Position numbers and translations under genes: made by a program
In this document: positions 28,428-39,376 of the stretch, piece by piece
Position numbering within the stretch: the stretch's first letter is position 1
Layout of the letters: each line of letters opens with the position of its first letter
Assembly: GCA_041687805.1 (NCBI GenBank)
Contig: JBDNJK010000084.1
Coordinates: forward strand, 2,965-66,964
Direction of reading: 5' to 3'
Origin: Acidimicrobiales bacterium
GTDB taxonomy: Bacteria > Actinomycetota > Acidimicrobiia > Acidimicrobiales > Aldehydirespiratoraceae
Length of the DNA stretch: 64,000 bases
The notes under the pieces: generated by a model
Database searches by the model: none
What the model was told of the DNA's origin: nothing
Seen by the model: the letters and a program-made list of their open reading frames with translations, nothing else

Positions 28428-29730
28428 CAGCACGATGTCTGAAAACCCCACGCCTGACGGCTGGCTCTCGGCCAGGTTGAATGAATCACTAGACGTGGCC
28501 ACACCACTCGCTCAGTTGTTTGAAGCCGCGGGGCATCACCTCTACTTCGTGGGTGGTGTGGTGCGCGACAGCCTGCTCGACATCAGCCGCGCCGAAAATG
28601 ATCTTGACGCCACCACCGCGGCGCGTCCGGCCGAGATCAAGGCGTTGGTGTCTCAACTTGCCGACGCGGTGTGGACCCAAGGCGAGCGCTTCGGCACGAT
28701 CGGCTGCCGTATAGATGGGCACATTTACGAAATCACGACCCACAGGGCTGAGAAATATCAACCTGGTTCACGCAAGCCGGTTGTGGCTTTCGGGGAATCG
28801 CTCGACGAAGACCTTTTGCGACGCGATTTCACGATCAATGCGATGGCTGTTGATGTGATTGAGCGACAACTGATCGACCTTTACGGTGGTGAGGCGGATC
28901 TACGTGATCGTGTTCTTCGTACCCCGCTGGATCCAATCGTGAGTTTTTCCGACGATCCGTTGCGGATGTTGCGGGCGGCGCGGTTCCGTGCCGGCTACAA
29001 CCTCCAACCCGTGGCGCCGCTTGTCGCGGCGCTCTCGTCGATGACCGATCGCCTTGAGATTGTTTCGGCGGAACGCAAGCGGGACGAGCTCGAGAAGATG
29101 TTGATGTTGCCGAGCCCCACCCCGGGCTTGGAGATGCTGTTCGAATCAGGTCTGTTGGCCAAGGTTCTACCCCATCTCTCGGTTCGAGATGTTGGCCAGG
29201 TCGACACCATTGGAGCCCGGGTTGCGGCTGTCAACGCTGCGCCTGCTCATCGCTGGGCGGCGCTCTTCAACAACGCCGATCTGGCGTCGCGGCAGTTGGG
29301 TGAATTGAAGGTGCCCGGGGCGGTCGTTGCCGATGTAGTGACGATTCTGCGTATGGCGGCCCGCGTCGATGAGATCGATCCGACCACAGCGTCAGCGGTC
29401 CGACGACTCGCGGCGATGGGGAATGCAAGAGTCGTGCTGGAGGACGCCATCGGTTGGATGCGACGTAGGGCGACGGCAACCGGGTCGACGATCGAACCCT
29501 TCGACCTGCTTGCTGACACGTTGCAAAACCTCCGCTCCAGCGAACCCGATCTCGATTCCCCAGATGTCGGCCTCGATGGCAATCAGATCTGTGACGAGCT
29601 GGGGATAGAGCCGGGCGTCGATGTGGGACGTGCCGTCGCGTGGCTTCGACAAATCAGGATCAACGAAGGAATTGTGCCGGGCGAGCAACTGCGCCCCCGC
29701 TTGTCGCAGTGGTGGTCGACCCACTCCTGA
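28420..29730 (+). CDS. CCA tRNA nucleotidyltransferase / poly(A) polymerase family
   Basis: VGGVVRD, DLD, DLLRRDFTINAMA, DDPLRMLRAARF and SAER motifs. Confidence 0.9.
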   Translation: MPDSTMSENPTPDGWLSARLNESLDVATPLAQLFEAAGHHLYFVGGVVRDSLLDISRAENDLDATTAARPAEIKALVSQLADAVWTQGERFGTIGCRIDGHIYEITTHRAEKYQPGSRKPVVAFGESLDEDLLRRDFTINAMAVDVIERQLIDLYGGEADLRDRVLRTPLDPIVSFSDDPLRMLRAARFRAGYNLQPVAPLVAALSSMTDRLEIVSAERKRDELEKMLMLPSPTPGLEMLFESGLLAKVLPHLSVRDVGQVDTIGARVAAVNAAPAHRWAALFNNADLASRQLGELKVPGAVVADVVTILRMAARVDEIDPTTASAVRRLAAMGNARVVLEDAIGWMRRRATATGSTIEPFDLLADTLQNLRSSEPDLDSPDVGLDGNQICDELGIEPGVDVGRAVAWLRQIRINEGIVPGEQLRPRLSQWWSTHS

Positions 29731-29751
29731 ACCCGGGCCAATAGCCTGGTC

Positions 29752-30393
29752 TCAGACCCCGAGCTTGCGACCTCGAGCGAGAAGCGTGACCGGCTGCGGT
29801 CCGTTTGTGTGTGGCTCGAGTAGCAGGTCGACAACAAAGTTGGCGCGGCCCATGGAGGTGACAACATCTTCAGCGGTGTGAACCCACCTTCCGTCGATAG
29901 GACCCTTGTCGATCCATGAATGTGCGTTGAGTAGTGAATTGTCGGGGTCCGCACAAAGCGAAGCCGGGTGGGGGACAGACAGCGCTATGTGTCCGCCGGG
30001 GCACAGCACACGGTGGGCTTGGCGCATGACCCTGTCGAGGTCGGCGGTGAACGACAGCGACGACACTGAGATCACCAGGTCGACCTGGTCGGCTCTCATG
30101 AACGCCAGTTCAGCCGGTTCGGCCTGATGAAACTCGACGGTGACTTCCTGATGGGAGGCGAGGGTTCGGGCCATGTTGATTTGCAGGACGTCGCCGTCGA
30201 CCGCTGTGACGCGTGCGCCACGTGCTGCCAGACCAACAGCTGCGTGTCCGGCGCCGCACCCGAGTTCGAGCACTCGACGGCCGGAGACTTCGCCTAGTAG
30301 CCGATGGTCGGTGTCGGGGCCGGTGCCGGCTCCAAGCTCGACGTAGTCGAGTGGACGTTTGGCATCGGGCCCGCGGGTGTTGTAGATGGTCAT
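29752..30393 (-). CDS. Class I SAM-dependent methyltransferase
   Basis: VLELGCGAG and RVL.PGG motifs. Confidence 0.85.
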   Translation of the reverse strand: MTIYNTRGPDAKRPLDYVELGAGTGPDTDHRLLGEVSGRRVLELGCGAGHAAVGLAARGARVTAVDGDVLQINMARTLASHQEVTVEFHQAEPAELAFMRADQVDLVISVSSLSFTADLDRVMRQAHRVLCPGGHIALSVPHPASLCADPDNSLLNAHSWIDKGPIDGRWVHTAEDVVTSMGRANFVVDLLLEPHTNGPQPVTLLARGRKLGV

Positions 30394-30468
30394 GGGGCAA
30401 GTCTGTCTCGGTTGATCGACTGTGGGGTGGAGGCCATCATCACGTCCGACTCGTCTACCATCTCCGCC

Positions 30469-30855
30469 ATGATCCCCGGACCTGTTGGTTCTACGAGTAG
30501 CGCCGTCGCCTCAGTCGACTATCGGCTGGTCCGCGCGGCAACCTTGCAGTCTTGGCGCGATGGAGATCTCACCAGCAGCCAGATCTGTGATGCTCAGGCG
30601 GAGTTGCGTCGCAACGCCGAGTTCTGCGGCACCCCGACCGAGCGGGAATGTCCGGTCTGTGAGGCGGATCAACTGGTGGACGTCACCTACGTATTTGGCC
30701 CGCGCTTACCCAAGCACGGCCGCTGCCTCACCACCCTCAAAGAACTACGACGTCTTGAGCAGCGCGCCGCCACCTACAAGCGCTACGTGGTCGAGGTGTG
30801 CAACACGTGCGGCTGGAACCATATGACCCTCTCCAACACTGTCGGTGGTGTCTGA
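30469..30855 (+). CDS. DUF5318-type Zn-ribbon protein
   Basis: VDY.L.R, CDA..EL, CPVC and YVVEVC..C.WNH motifs; leaderless ATG 7 nt after TACCAT. Confidence 0.8.
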   Translation: MIPGPVGSTSSAVASVDYRLVRAATLQSWRDGDLTSSQICDAQAELRRNAEFCGTPTERECPVCEADQLVDVTYVFGPRLPKHGRCLTTLKELRRLEQRAATYKRYVVEVCNTCGWNHMTLSNTVGGV

Positions 30856-30946
30856 GGCCCGCTGGTTGAGTTGGCTTCCGAAAACAATTAGCATTCTCGG
30901 TACCGCCGGCAGCCTCTGTGCGCTGGACGGGAAAGGACACACCACG

Positions 30947-31798
30947 ATGAGCAATCTCACTGTTCCGGCCATCGGCGCACGCAAGGTCGCCAACGGTGCC
31001 GAGCCTCTCGTAATGGTCACTGCGTACGACGCACCGGGTGCTCGTGTGGCCAGCGAGGCAGGCGCCGACATCATCTTGGTGGGCGACAGTCTGGCCATGG
31101 TGGTTCTCGGTTACGAAGACACCCTTCAGGTCACCATCGACGACATGGCACACCACGTTGGCGCCGTGGCCCGCGCCAAACCCGATTCGCTGATCGTTGG
31201 CGACATGCCATGGATGAGTTTCCATGTGTCGCCGGATGAGACGGTTAGAAACGCGGCGAAGCTGATTCGCGCTGGAGCGCAGTCGGTCAAGTTGGAGGGT
31301 GGCCGCAAGCGTCTTCCGATGATCGAACGTCTGATATCAGCCGAGATACCAGTCATGGGCCATATCGGCCTCACTCCGCAATCGGTCAATGCCATGGGTG
31401 GTTTCAAGGTCCAGGGAAAGCAGGCTGAGGCTGCTCGCAAGTTGGTTCAGGCCGCCAAGTCGCTCGCCCACGCGGGTTGCTTCGCGATTGTGCTCGAGGG
31501 CGTGCCGGTGAGGGTGGCCGAAATGGTCACCGAAGCAGTCGACGTGCCGACCATCGGCATCGGTGCCGGCCCCCACTGTGATGGACAAGTGCTCGTCTAT
31601 CACGACGTTCTCGGTATAGAGGATCGTTTCCTTCCGAAGTTCGTGCGACGCTACGCGGATGTTAAGTCGGTTTCGGTCGATGCCATGTCTGCCTTTGCCG
31701 CCGACGTTCGATCCGGTGCTTTTCCCAGCGACGACGAGTCATACCACCTGGCCGATGATCAGGCCGATGCGTTGGGTCTATACGGATCTGACTGCTGA
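30947..31798 (+). CDS. panB: 3-methyl-2-oxobutanoate hydroxymethyltransferase
   Basis: MVTAYD, LVGDSL, VKLEGG, GHIGLTPQ and TIGIGAG..CDGQVLV motifs. Confidence 0.96.
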   Translation: MSNLTVPAIGARKVANGAEPLVMVTAYDAPGARVASEAGADIILVGDSLAMVVLGYEDTLQVTIDDMAHHVGAVARAKPDSLIVGDMPWMSFHVSPDETVRNAAKLIRAGAQSVKLEGGRKRLPMIERLISAEIPVMGHIGLTPQSVNAMGGFKVQGKQAEAARKLVQAAKSLAHAGCFAIVLEGVPVRVAEMVTEAVDVPTIGIGAGPHCDGQVLVYHDVLGIEDRFLPKFVRRYADVKSVSVDAMSAFAADVRSGAFPSDDESYHLADDQADALGLYGSDC

Positions 31799-31874
31799 GA
31801 TGAGTGGGTCGCTGAAGTAGTATTTGGCGGCCGACGAGTCGCCAACTAGGCGTCGCGGTGGGAGAAGACACGCC

Positions 31875-33173
31875 ATGCTCACCGATGAACTTGCTCTCAG
31901 TCGTGCCCCGAGGATTCACACTGAACTACCGGGGCCACTGGCACGCGCGGTTATACAACGCGACAAACGGGTTGTAAGTCCAGCGCTCGGCCGGGTCTAC
32001 CCACTGGTGGTAGATCATGCGTCGGGGATGTATGTGCAAGACGTCGACGGAAATCGTTTCCTCGACCTCAACGCCGGTATAGCGGTCACTTCCACGGGCC
32101 ATTGCCACCCTGATGTTGTGGCGGCGATCGAGTCTCAAAGCCGTGCGTTCCTTCACTACTGTTCTAGCGACTTCCATGTGCCCGTCTACACCGACGTGTG
32201 TGAACGGCTCGCCCGGCTCTCACCAATGTCCGACGAGGTCGATGTGTATCTCGGAAATTCCGGCGCTGAGGCGGTGGAGTCGGCTTTGAAGTTGGCGCGT
32301 TACGCAACCGGTCGCCCCAACGTGATCGCTTTCTACGGCTCGTTCCATGGTCGCACCGCCGGGAGCCTCTCGCTCACTGCCAGCAAGGCAAAATATCGCT
32401 CAGGTTTCGGTGCGTCTCCGTCAGGTGTGCTTCACGCCCCTTACGCCGGTTCGTCGGGTCTCACGGGCGCCGCCTACATCGAATCGGTTCTGTTCCGTCA
32501 TGTCACTGAACCCGGCGATGTGGCCGCGATTGTGGTCGAACCGATTCAGGGTGAGGGCGGCTACATCGTGCCTCCCGATGGTTGGTTGGCCGACCTGCGG
32601 GCACTGTGTGATCGCTACGGGATTCTCCTGGTTGCCGATGAAGTGCAGTCCGGAGTCGGCCGCACCGGTTCGATGTGGGCGATCGACCCGAGCGGGGTGG
32701 AGCCTGATCTCATGTGTGTCGGGAAGGGCCTGGCCAGCGGGTTGCCGCTGTCGGCTCTGGTCAGCCGTCGGCGCTACTCGACTTGGGGGGTCGGTAAGCA
32801 TGGCTCAACCTTCGGCGGTAATCCGGTTGCTTGCGCTGCCGCGGTTGCCACTCTCGATCTGGTTGAGAATTCGTTGATGAACAACGCCGCATCGGTGGGT
32901 GAGCATCTGCTCGGCCGTCTGAGAGAGTTGGCCGAGACACAAGCCCTCATCACCGGCGTGCGGGGCAAAGGCCTGATGATCGGGGTCGAGTTTGTGGACG
33001 GTGTCACCGCACACGACGTGGAGCAGGCGGCATTTCATGAAGGTGCGCTGGCCCTGACGTGCGGCGAGAGAACCGTGCGTTTGGCACCGCCTCTGATCAT
33101 CAACACCCAGCAGGCCGATCTGGCGGTCGAATTATTCGCGACGGCGTGCCGCCGGGTGCTCGAAGCCGGCTGA
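31875..33173 (+). CDS. Class III PLP aminotransferase (4-aminobutyrate aminotransferase-like)
   Basis: NSGAEAVE, FHGRT, EPIQGEGG, DEVQSG.GRTG, GK and STFGGNP motifs. Confidence 0.88.
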   Translation: MLTDELALSRAPRIHTELPGPLARAVIQRDKRVVSPALGRVYPLVVDHASGMYVQDVDGNRFLDLNAGIAVTSTGHCHPDVVAAIESQSRAFLHYCSSDFHVPVYTDVCERLARLSPMSDEVDVYLGNSGAEAVESALKLARYATGRPNVIAFYGSFHGRTAGSLSLTASKAKYRSGFGASPSGVLHAPYAGSSGLTGAAYIESVLFRHVTEPGDVAAIVVEPIQGEGGYIVPPDGWLADLRALCDRYGILLVADEVQSGVGRTGSMWAIDPSGVEPDLMCVGKGLASGLPLSALVSRRRYSTWGVGKHGSTFGGNPVACAAAVATLDLVENSLMNNAASVGEHLLGRLRELAETQALITGVRGKGLMIGVEFVDGVTAHDVEQAAFHEGALALTCGERTVRLAPPLIINTQQADLAVELFATACRRVLEAG

Positions 33174-33180
33174 GCGAGTT

Positions 33181-33849
33181 TCAGATACTCAACAGCGATT
33201 TAACGGTTCGCACTGCCGACACGGCGTTGGGCGCGTAGCCGTCGGCACCTATTTGGTCGGCGTATTCCTGGGTGACAGGCGCGCCGCCCACGATGATCTT
33301 CGTATTACCTCTCACGCCGGCTTCATTGATGGCATCGATGGTGGTGGCGAGTTCGGGCATGGTGGTGGTGAGGAATGCGCTGAGCCCGACCACGTCGGGG
33401 TTGTGCTCCTTGATCGCCTCGACGAACTGGATCGCCGGCACGTTGATTCCCAGGTCGATCACTTCGAATCCGGCGCCTTCAAGCATCACATCGCAAAGGT
33501 TTTTCCCGATGTCGTGAATGTCGCCGGCGATGGTGCCCATCACGAACACCCCCACCCGTGCGGACGCGGCATCGGCGAGTAGTGGACGCAGCACGTCCAT
33601 GCACGCCTGCATGGCACGGGCCGATATGAGCATCTCAGGCAGGAAGATTTCGCCGGATTCAAATAACCTGCCCACCTCTTCGAGCGCCGGGATCATGGCG
33701 TCGAACAACAAGGTGAGCGGATCGGTGCCGTTTTCCAGTCCGCTGCGGGTGGAGGTCAGGGCCTGATCGGCGTTGCCTGCCAGCACTGCGTCGTAGAGAG
33801 CGTCGAGCAGAGAGTCGTAGTCGTTGCTTGGGGGATTTTCGCCGGTCAT
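33181..33849 (-). CDS. Methyltransferase cognate corrinoid (B12-binding) protein
   Basis: Cap domain (VG..FE.GE.FLPE) plus GDIHDIGKN, GLSA..TTT and VGGAP. Confidence 0.9.
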   Translation of the reverse strand: MTGENPPSNDYDSLLDALYDAVLAGNADQALTSTRSGLENGTDPLTLLFDAMIPALEEVGRLFESGEIFLPEMLISARAMQACMDVLRPLLADAASARVGVFVMGTIAGDIHDIGKNLCDVMLEGAGFEVIDLGINVPAIQFVEAIKEHNPDVVGLSAFLTTTMPELATTIDAINEAGVRGNTKIIVGGAPVTQEYADQIGADGYAPNAVSAVRTVKSLLSI

Positions 33850-33868
33850 CTCGGTGTCCTGGCTTTGC

Positions 33869-35017
33869 TCAGTGTGAGTATTCGTCGACGGCGTCGACCA
33901 TAGCGATGATATTTTTTGCGGGAACGTCGTCCATCACGGTGTGAACCGACGACAGCATGTAGCCGCCGCCTGGTCCGAGAATGTCGATCACCCTGCGCAC
34001 TTCAGAGCGGATTTCCGCTGGCGTGCCGTGGGGGAGTATCCGCTGGGTGTCGATGGCACCGCAGAAAACAACCTTGGTGCCGTAACGTTCTCGTAGCGCT
34101 TCGAGGTTCGACATCTTGCCAGCGGAGGTCTGGATCGGGTTGAGAATGTCGATTCCCATGTCGACGAACTCGTCGATGAGGGGGAATACATCGCCATCGG
34201 TGTGAAACATCACCTTGGCATTGGTGCGTGCTTTGATGAAGTCGATCCAATCAGCGTGGATCGGCTTGAGCACACGCCGATACATGTCTGGCGACATGAG
34301 CAGGCTCTCTTGGGTGCCGAGATCGTCGCCGATTTTGATGATGTCGACGTTGGGGCCCAACTCGTCGAGAAAATGTCCCATGAGTTGCTTGCACACACCT
34401 TGGAGCTTCCAAAGGAGTGCCTCGGCAAATTCTGGGTAGAGGGCCATGTTCATGAGGAACGTGTCCATGCCCTGCATGGCGAACGCTCGCTCCAGCGGAA
34501 ACAGGAGCCACGGGGTGGCCACGATGGCGAACTCATTGTCGTCGGCGAGTTTTTGTGCCTGCCCTGCAACATGGGCGACCCGCGTTGGATCGTCCATGTC
34601 GGGCCAGTCGTATGACTCGATTTCGTCGACGGTGTTTGCTGCGGCGAGAGGGTGAACCATTGGGAACCACTGGCCTGGCTTGATCTCCGACGCTCCGGAT
34701 CCCCACGAATCGATGTAGTCGGCGTGATCTGGTCGGCTGCGATTGCGCTCCATGACCGACGCTGGTTCGAGGTCGAGCACGCCCCTCACATCTGAGTGGA
34801 GACGACGCATGGTGGTCTCGTCGATTTCGGCGGTGCCGAGCTCCGGCCAGTCGTAGAGATAGTTTTCGGGCGCTTCGATACCGAGCAGGTTCTTGAGGTC
34901 GCGGTACGGCTTCATCTTGATGCCGGTGGCATTGCTTACGCCGAGCAGGATCGGAGCCCGATCGCTCTCTTCGTGGTTGACGGCCGCCAACACCCGTTCA
35001 CGAGATGAAATAGTCAT
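33869..35017 (-). CDS. Uroporphyrinogen decarboxylase family protein (MtaA/CmuA-like)
   Basis: SRERV..A..H...DR.P, DDLG.Q, HTDG, G.IDTQ and GGGY motifs. Confidence 0.8.
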   Translation of the reverse strand: MTISSRERVLAAVNHEESDRAPILLGVSNATGIKMKPYRDLKNLLGIEAPENYLYDWPELGTAEIDETTMRRLHSDVRGVLDLEPASVMERNRSRPDHADYIDSWGSGASEIKPGQWFPMVHPLAAANTVDEIESYDWPDMDDPTRVAHVAGQAQKLADDNEFAIVATPWLLFPLERAFAMQGMDTFLMNMALYPEFAEALLWKLQGVCKQLMGHFLDELGPNVDIIKIGDDLGTQESLLMSPDMYRRVLKPIHADWIDFIKARTNAKVMFHTDGDVFPLIDEFVDMGIDILNPIQTSAGKMSNLEALRERYGTKVVFCGAIDTQRILPHGTPAEIRSEVRRVIDILGPGGGYMLSSVHTVMDDVPAKNIIAMVDAVDEYSH

Positions 35018-35184
35018 GATTCACTCCCAACTGAACCGTCATGCTCGCGGCCTGATGCCGACATCGGAAGGGCCGATTGTCACACCCCATTGTCATAGTG
35101 GCCACATGACGTTCTCACCTGTAGCCTTTGCAGGTCTTTCAAACAGACACTTGCCTTCGGACACTCCGAAGGTTGACAACCGAA

Positions 35185-35236
35185 ATCCCCTGCCCCGGGA
35201 AAGGGGCCCCGGTGCTCCGGGTCCACAGGAGGTGAG
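35185..35236 (+). promoter_or_regulatory. Probable S6:S18 autoregulatory leader RNA
   Basis: CCCCTG pairs with CAGGAGG (the SD) around an internal GCCCC-GGGAAA-GGGGC hairpin, directly before rpsF. Confidence 0.65.
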
Positions 35237-35239
35237 CTC

Positions 35240-35584
35240 GTGAAGCGAGCATATGAATTGATGATCATCATCGACCGCGATATCCCAGATGCCGATATCG
35301 CCGAAGTGATGACACGAACCGAAGGAATGGTCACCGAAGAAGGTGGCACCATTGCGTCGACCAACAATTGGGGTCGTCGCCGGTTCGCCTATGAGATCAA
35401 CCACAAACTCGAAGGCACCTACGTGGTGTGGGAGGTCGTCACCGAGACGGCAGGGCTCCCCGTCACCGAACGTCAACTTCGTCTCGCGGACGACATTGTC
35501 CGCCACAAGCTGTTCCGTCTGCCCGAAAAAGAAGCCACTCGTCGTGGCCTGTTGGGTGAGGCAACGCCGGTCGAGGCCGGCTGA
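35240..35584 (+). CDS. rpsF: 30S ribosomal protein S6
   Basis: YELMII and WGRRRFAYEI...EG.Y motifs. Confidence 0.96.
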   Translation: MKRAYELMIIIDRDIPDADIAEVMTRTEGMVTEEGGTIASTNNWGRRRFAYEINHKLEGTYVVWEVVTETAGLPVTERQLRLADDIVRHKLFRLPEKEATRRGLLGEATPVEAG

Positions 35585-35599
35585 TCCGGAGGTATTGAA

Positions 35600-36061
35600 A
35601 TGGGATTCGACAACACCGTCACCGTCGTGGGAAACGTAACCCGCGATCCCGAATTGCGATTCACACAAGGCCAGATGGCCATCGCCACTTTTGGTGTGGC
35701 CTGGAATAAAAAGAAGCGCGAAGGCGAGGATGAAGTCTCGTTCTTTGATGTCACTTGTTTCCGTCAACTGGCAGAGAATGTGGCCGAGTCGATAACCAAG
35801 GGCACTCGCGTGGTGATCTACGGCACCTTGCAGCAGCGCAGTTGGGAAAACAACGAGGGTCAACGACGTTCCAAGGTCGAGATTCTCGCTGACGACGTTG
35901 CGCCGAGTCTCAAGTGGGCATCCGCACAGATTTCCCGTAATGAGTACAAGGGTGGCGGTGCCGATCAGGGCTCACGCCCACAGGTGTCCAACCAGTCACA
36001 AGATGGCGGTCAGGCTCCTGAGGCAGCACCCGCCTACAACCTCGACGAAGAACCGTTCTGA
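35600..36061 (+). CDS. ssb: Single-stranded DNA-binding protein
   Basis: VGNVTRDPELRFT; acidic DEEPF C-terminus. Confidence 0.96.
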   Translation: MGFDNTVTVVGNVTRDPELRFTQGQMAIATFGVAWNKKKREGEDEVSFFDVTCFRQLAENVAESITKGTRVVIYGTLQQRSWENNEGQRRSKVEILADDVAPSLKWASAQISRNEYKGGGADQGSRPQVSNQSQDGGQAPEAAPAYNLDEEPF

Positions 36062-36137
36062 AGTCCGGCAAAGCCGAGATTTCAACCACATTGAAAAGAT
36101 TTGACTGGCCGGACGAGTCCGGCCGAAAGGGAAGAAA

Positions 36138-36614
36138 ATGGCCAAGGTAAAGAAGCGGGGCAAGTCCTCAAAGGACAACGGCCGCCGCGGCAAGAAAAAG
36201 ATAAGCATTCTCAAGACCGAGAAGATCCAGTACGTCGATTGGAAGGATTCCAATCTTCTGCGTCGGTTCATGTCGGAGCGCGCCAAGATCCGTGCCCGTC
36301 GTGTCACCGGCAACACAGTTCAGCAGCAGAAGATGTGCGCTGATGCCATCAAGGTTGCTCGTGAGATGGCGTTGGTCCCCTACGCCAACCGGGTCACCAC
36401 CCAGCGCAGCGGTCGTGGCGACCGTGGCGACCGTGGCGACCGTGGCGACCGTGGCGATCGCGGCGACCGTGGCGATCGTGGTCAACGCGCCGACGGCCCA
36501 GCACCACGCCCGAGCGCACCGCCGCCACGCGACGACGAGAAGGCTGTCGAGCCTGATGTGTCCACCGCGGCTGATGTGTCCACCGAACAAAGCGCGGAGG
36601 TCAGCGAGTCGTGA
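36138..36614 (+). CDS. rpsR: 30S ribosomal protein S18 (zinc-free type) with a long C-terminal extension
   Basis: [21 protein letters not shown]...Q...AIK.ARE.AL.PY. Confidence 0.94.
   Translation: MAKVKKRGKSSKDNGRRGKKKISILKTEKIQYVDWKDSNLLRRFMSERAKIRARRVTGNTVQQQKMCADAIKVAREMALVPYANRVTTQRSGRGDRGDRGDRGDRGDRGDRGDRGQRADGPAPRPSAPPPRDDEKAVEPDVSTAADVSTEQSAEVSES
36414..36476 (+). repeat. 9-bp tandem repeat (CGYGGCGAY)x7 encoding (RGD)7 in rpsR
   Basis: Seen directly in the sequence. Confidence 0.9.
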
Positions 36615-37057
36615 AGATCGTACTTCGTAACGACGTGAGCGGCCTCGGCCGCAAGGGCGATGTTTGTGATGTGGCCGAGGGCTACTTCCGCAATTTCCTC
36701 AACCCGAATCAGTTGGCCTTCAAGTCCACAGCCGCCAATGCTGGCCAGGCCGATGCCATGCGTCGCGCCTCGGCGCTTCGTAATGCCGCCAGCAGAGCGG
36801 AGGCCGAAGAGGTTGCCACCAAGCTGGTTCCGATGGTGATCTCGATCGCCGCCAAGGCCGGTGAAGGTGGACGTCTGTTTGGTTCCGTCGGGTCATCCGA
36901 CATCGCCACTGCCGTAGAGGAACAAAGTGGTGTGGTTATCGACCGCCATGACCTCATCCTCGAGACGGCAATCAAGGATCTCGGCCAGGCAATTGTGATG
37001 TGCAAGCTCCATCCTGACGTGGAGTTTCCAATCACGGTCGAAGTCGTCGAATCGTGA
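36611..37057 (+). CDS. rplI: 50S ribosomal protein L9
   Basis: LG..GD...V..GY.RNFL, GRLFGSV and LHP.V motifs. Confidence 0.96.
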   Translation: MKIVLRNDVSGLGRKGDVCDVAEGYFRNFLNPNQLAFKSTAANAGQADAMRRASALRNAASRAEAEEVATKLVPMVISIAAKAGEGGRLFGSVGSSDIATAVEEQSGVVIDRHDLILETAIKDLGQAIVMCKLHPDVEFPITVEVVES

Positions 37058-37062
37058 CAGTT

Positions 37063-37095
37063 GGGCCGGCGCCGCTTGGTGCCGGCCCGATTGTT
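37063..37095 (+). terminator. Hairpin terminator after rplI
   Basis: GGGCCGGCGCC-GCTT-GGTGCCGGCCC followed by a weak T-rich tail. Confidence 0.6.
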
Positions 37096-37200
37096 CACGC
37101 TGTTGTCCCCAATTACTTCACCGTTTCTGCCATGGTTGTCCACAGAGACTTGGGATGAAATCCCCCTATAAACCTCGGGTATCCACTGGTGTCCCACAGG
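37091..37200. promoter_or_regulatory. DnaA-box cluster upstream of dnaB
   Basis: TTGTTCACG, TTGTCCCCA, TTGTCCACA (37136-37144, a perfect actinobacterial box) and GTATCCACT. Confidence 0.65.
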
Positions 37201-37246
37201 CCAATCAGGGCAGGCTCGATGGGTCTCGGGGAGCAGTGAGGAATTC

Positions 37247-38605
<1,359 letters not shown>

Positions 38606-38654
38606 TCTGAGCCCTACCGTTAGGCGACCGACACCTTGGCTAGCGTCATGGTGG

Positions 38655-39359
38655 ATGAGTCGGGCCGTCAGAGTGATCGTGGGTGTGGTGCTCGGTTTTA
38701 TCGCGGCGCTATTGATCGGCTTGTTGTTCTTTTCTGGCGACTCATCGAAGGCACCGACGGTGTCAGAGGGTCGTCCCGTCGAGACAACGTTTCCTGCTGT
38801 CGATCACGACCCGACGGCTGCTGCCGATTTGGTCGTGACTTGGCAGGCGTGGCGGATGGGCACGTTTGTTGTCGATGGCACCTGGACTCGCACTCTTGAC
38901 TCTGGTGGGCCGCCGCTCAGCGGCGCGGTTCACATTGTGCAGAGTCCTCCCAGACGAGTTGTTGAGCGGCTGGGGTCGACCGTGGAATTGTTCGATGGCT
39001 CGGTTGCGGCATGTGACGCAAGTTCGGCCGACGAGGCGACTGCTCCTCCATGTGTGGCAGGAGAGAGCGGCCTCACGTATCAGCAGCGGATCGACGCTGA
39101 GTTGGCGTTGGTGCGTGGCTACGTGCAGGGCGATGAGCGGATCTACGACGTTGGGCGGGGACTGATATCAGGGTGTTTCCGAGCCGAGTTGGTGGTGACC
39201 ACGCTCGGGTCGCCGTGGGGGAGATGGGCCGAGTTTTGTTTCGACTCTGGATCTGGCGCGCTGCTGTCGAGCCGGATTCGTCGCCAGTCGGCGGTCGACG
39301 TGGAAGTCGATGCGGTGACCAACTCCGTGGTGACCGAGGCCGACTTTCCTGCTCGGTGA
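38655..39359 (+). CDS. Hypothetical membrane-anchored protein
   Basis: N-terminal TM helix; leaderless ATG 8 nt after TAGCGT. Confidence 0.6.
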   Translation: MSRAVRVIVGVVLGFIAALLIGLLFFSGDSSKAPTVSEGRPVETTFPAVDHDPTAAADLVVTWQAWRMGTFVVDGTWTRTLDSGGPPLSGAVHIVQSPPRRVVERLGSTVELFDGSVAACDASSADEATAPPCVAGESGLTYQQRIDAELALVRGYVQGDERIYDVGRGLISGCFRAELVVTTLGSPWGRWAEFCFDSGSGALLSSRIRRQSAVDVEVDAVTNSVVTEADFPAR

Positions 39360-39376
39360 CCAACAAGGGGCTAGTT

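Noticed and set aside
30856-30946. Riboswitch or pan-motif leader before panB
   Set aside because: The leader is short and I found no convincing conserved stems.
36107-36124. GGCCGGA-CGAG-TCCGGCC hairpin before rpsR, and a GAAA-loop hairpin near 39808-39828
   Set aside because: Ordinary intra-operon or terminator-type hairpins with no further signal.
36414-36476. Tandem repeat as a CRISPR array or integrin-binding RGD motif
   Set aside because: There are no spacers or cas genes, and it is an in-frame repeat in a cytoplasmic ribosomal protein.
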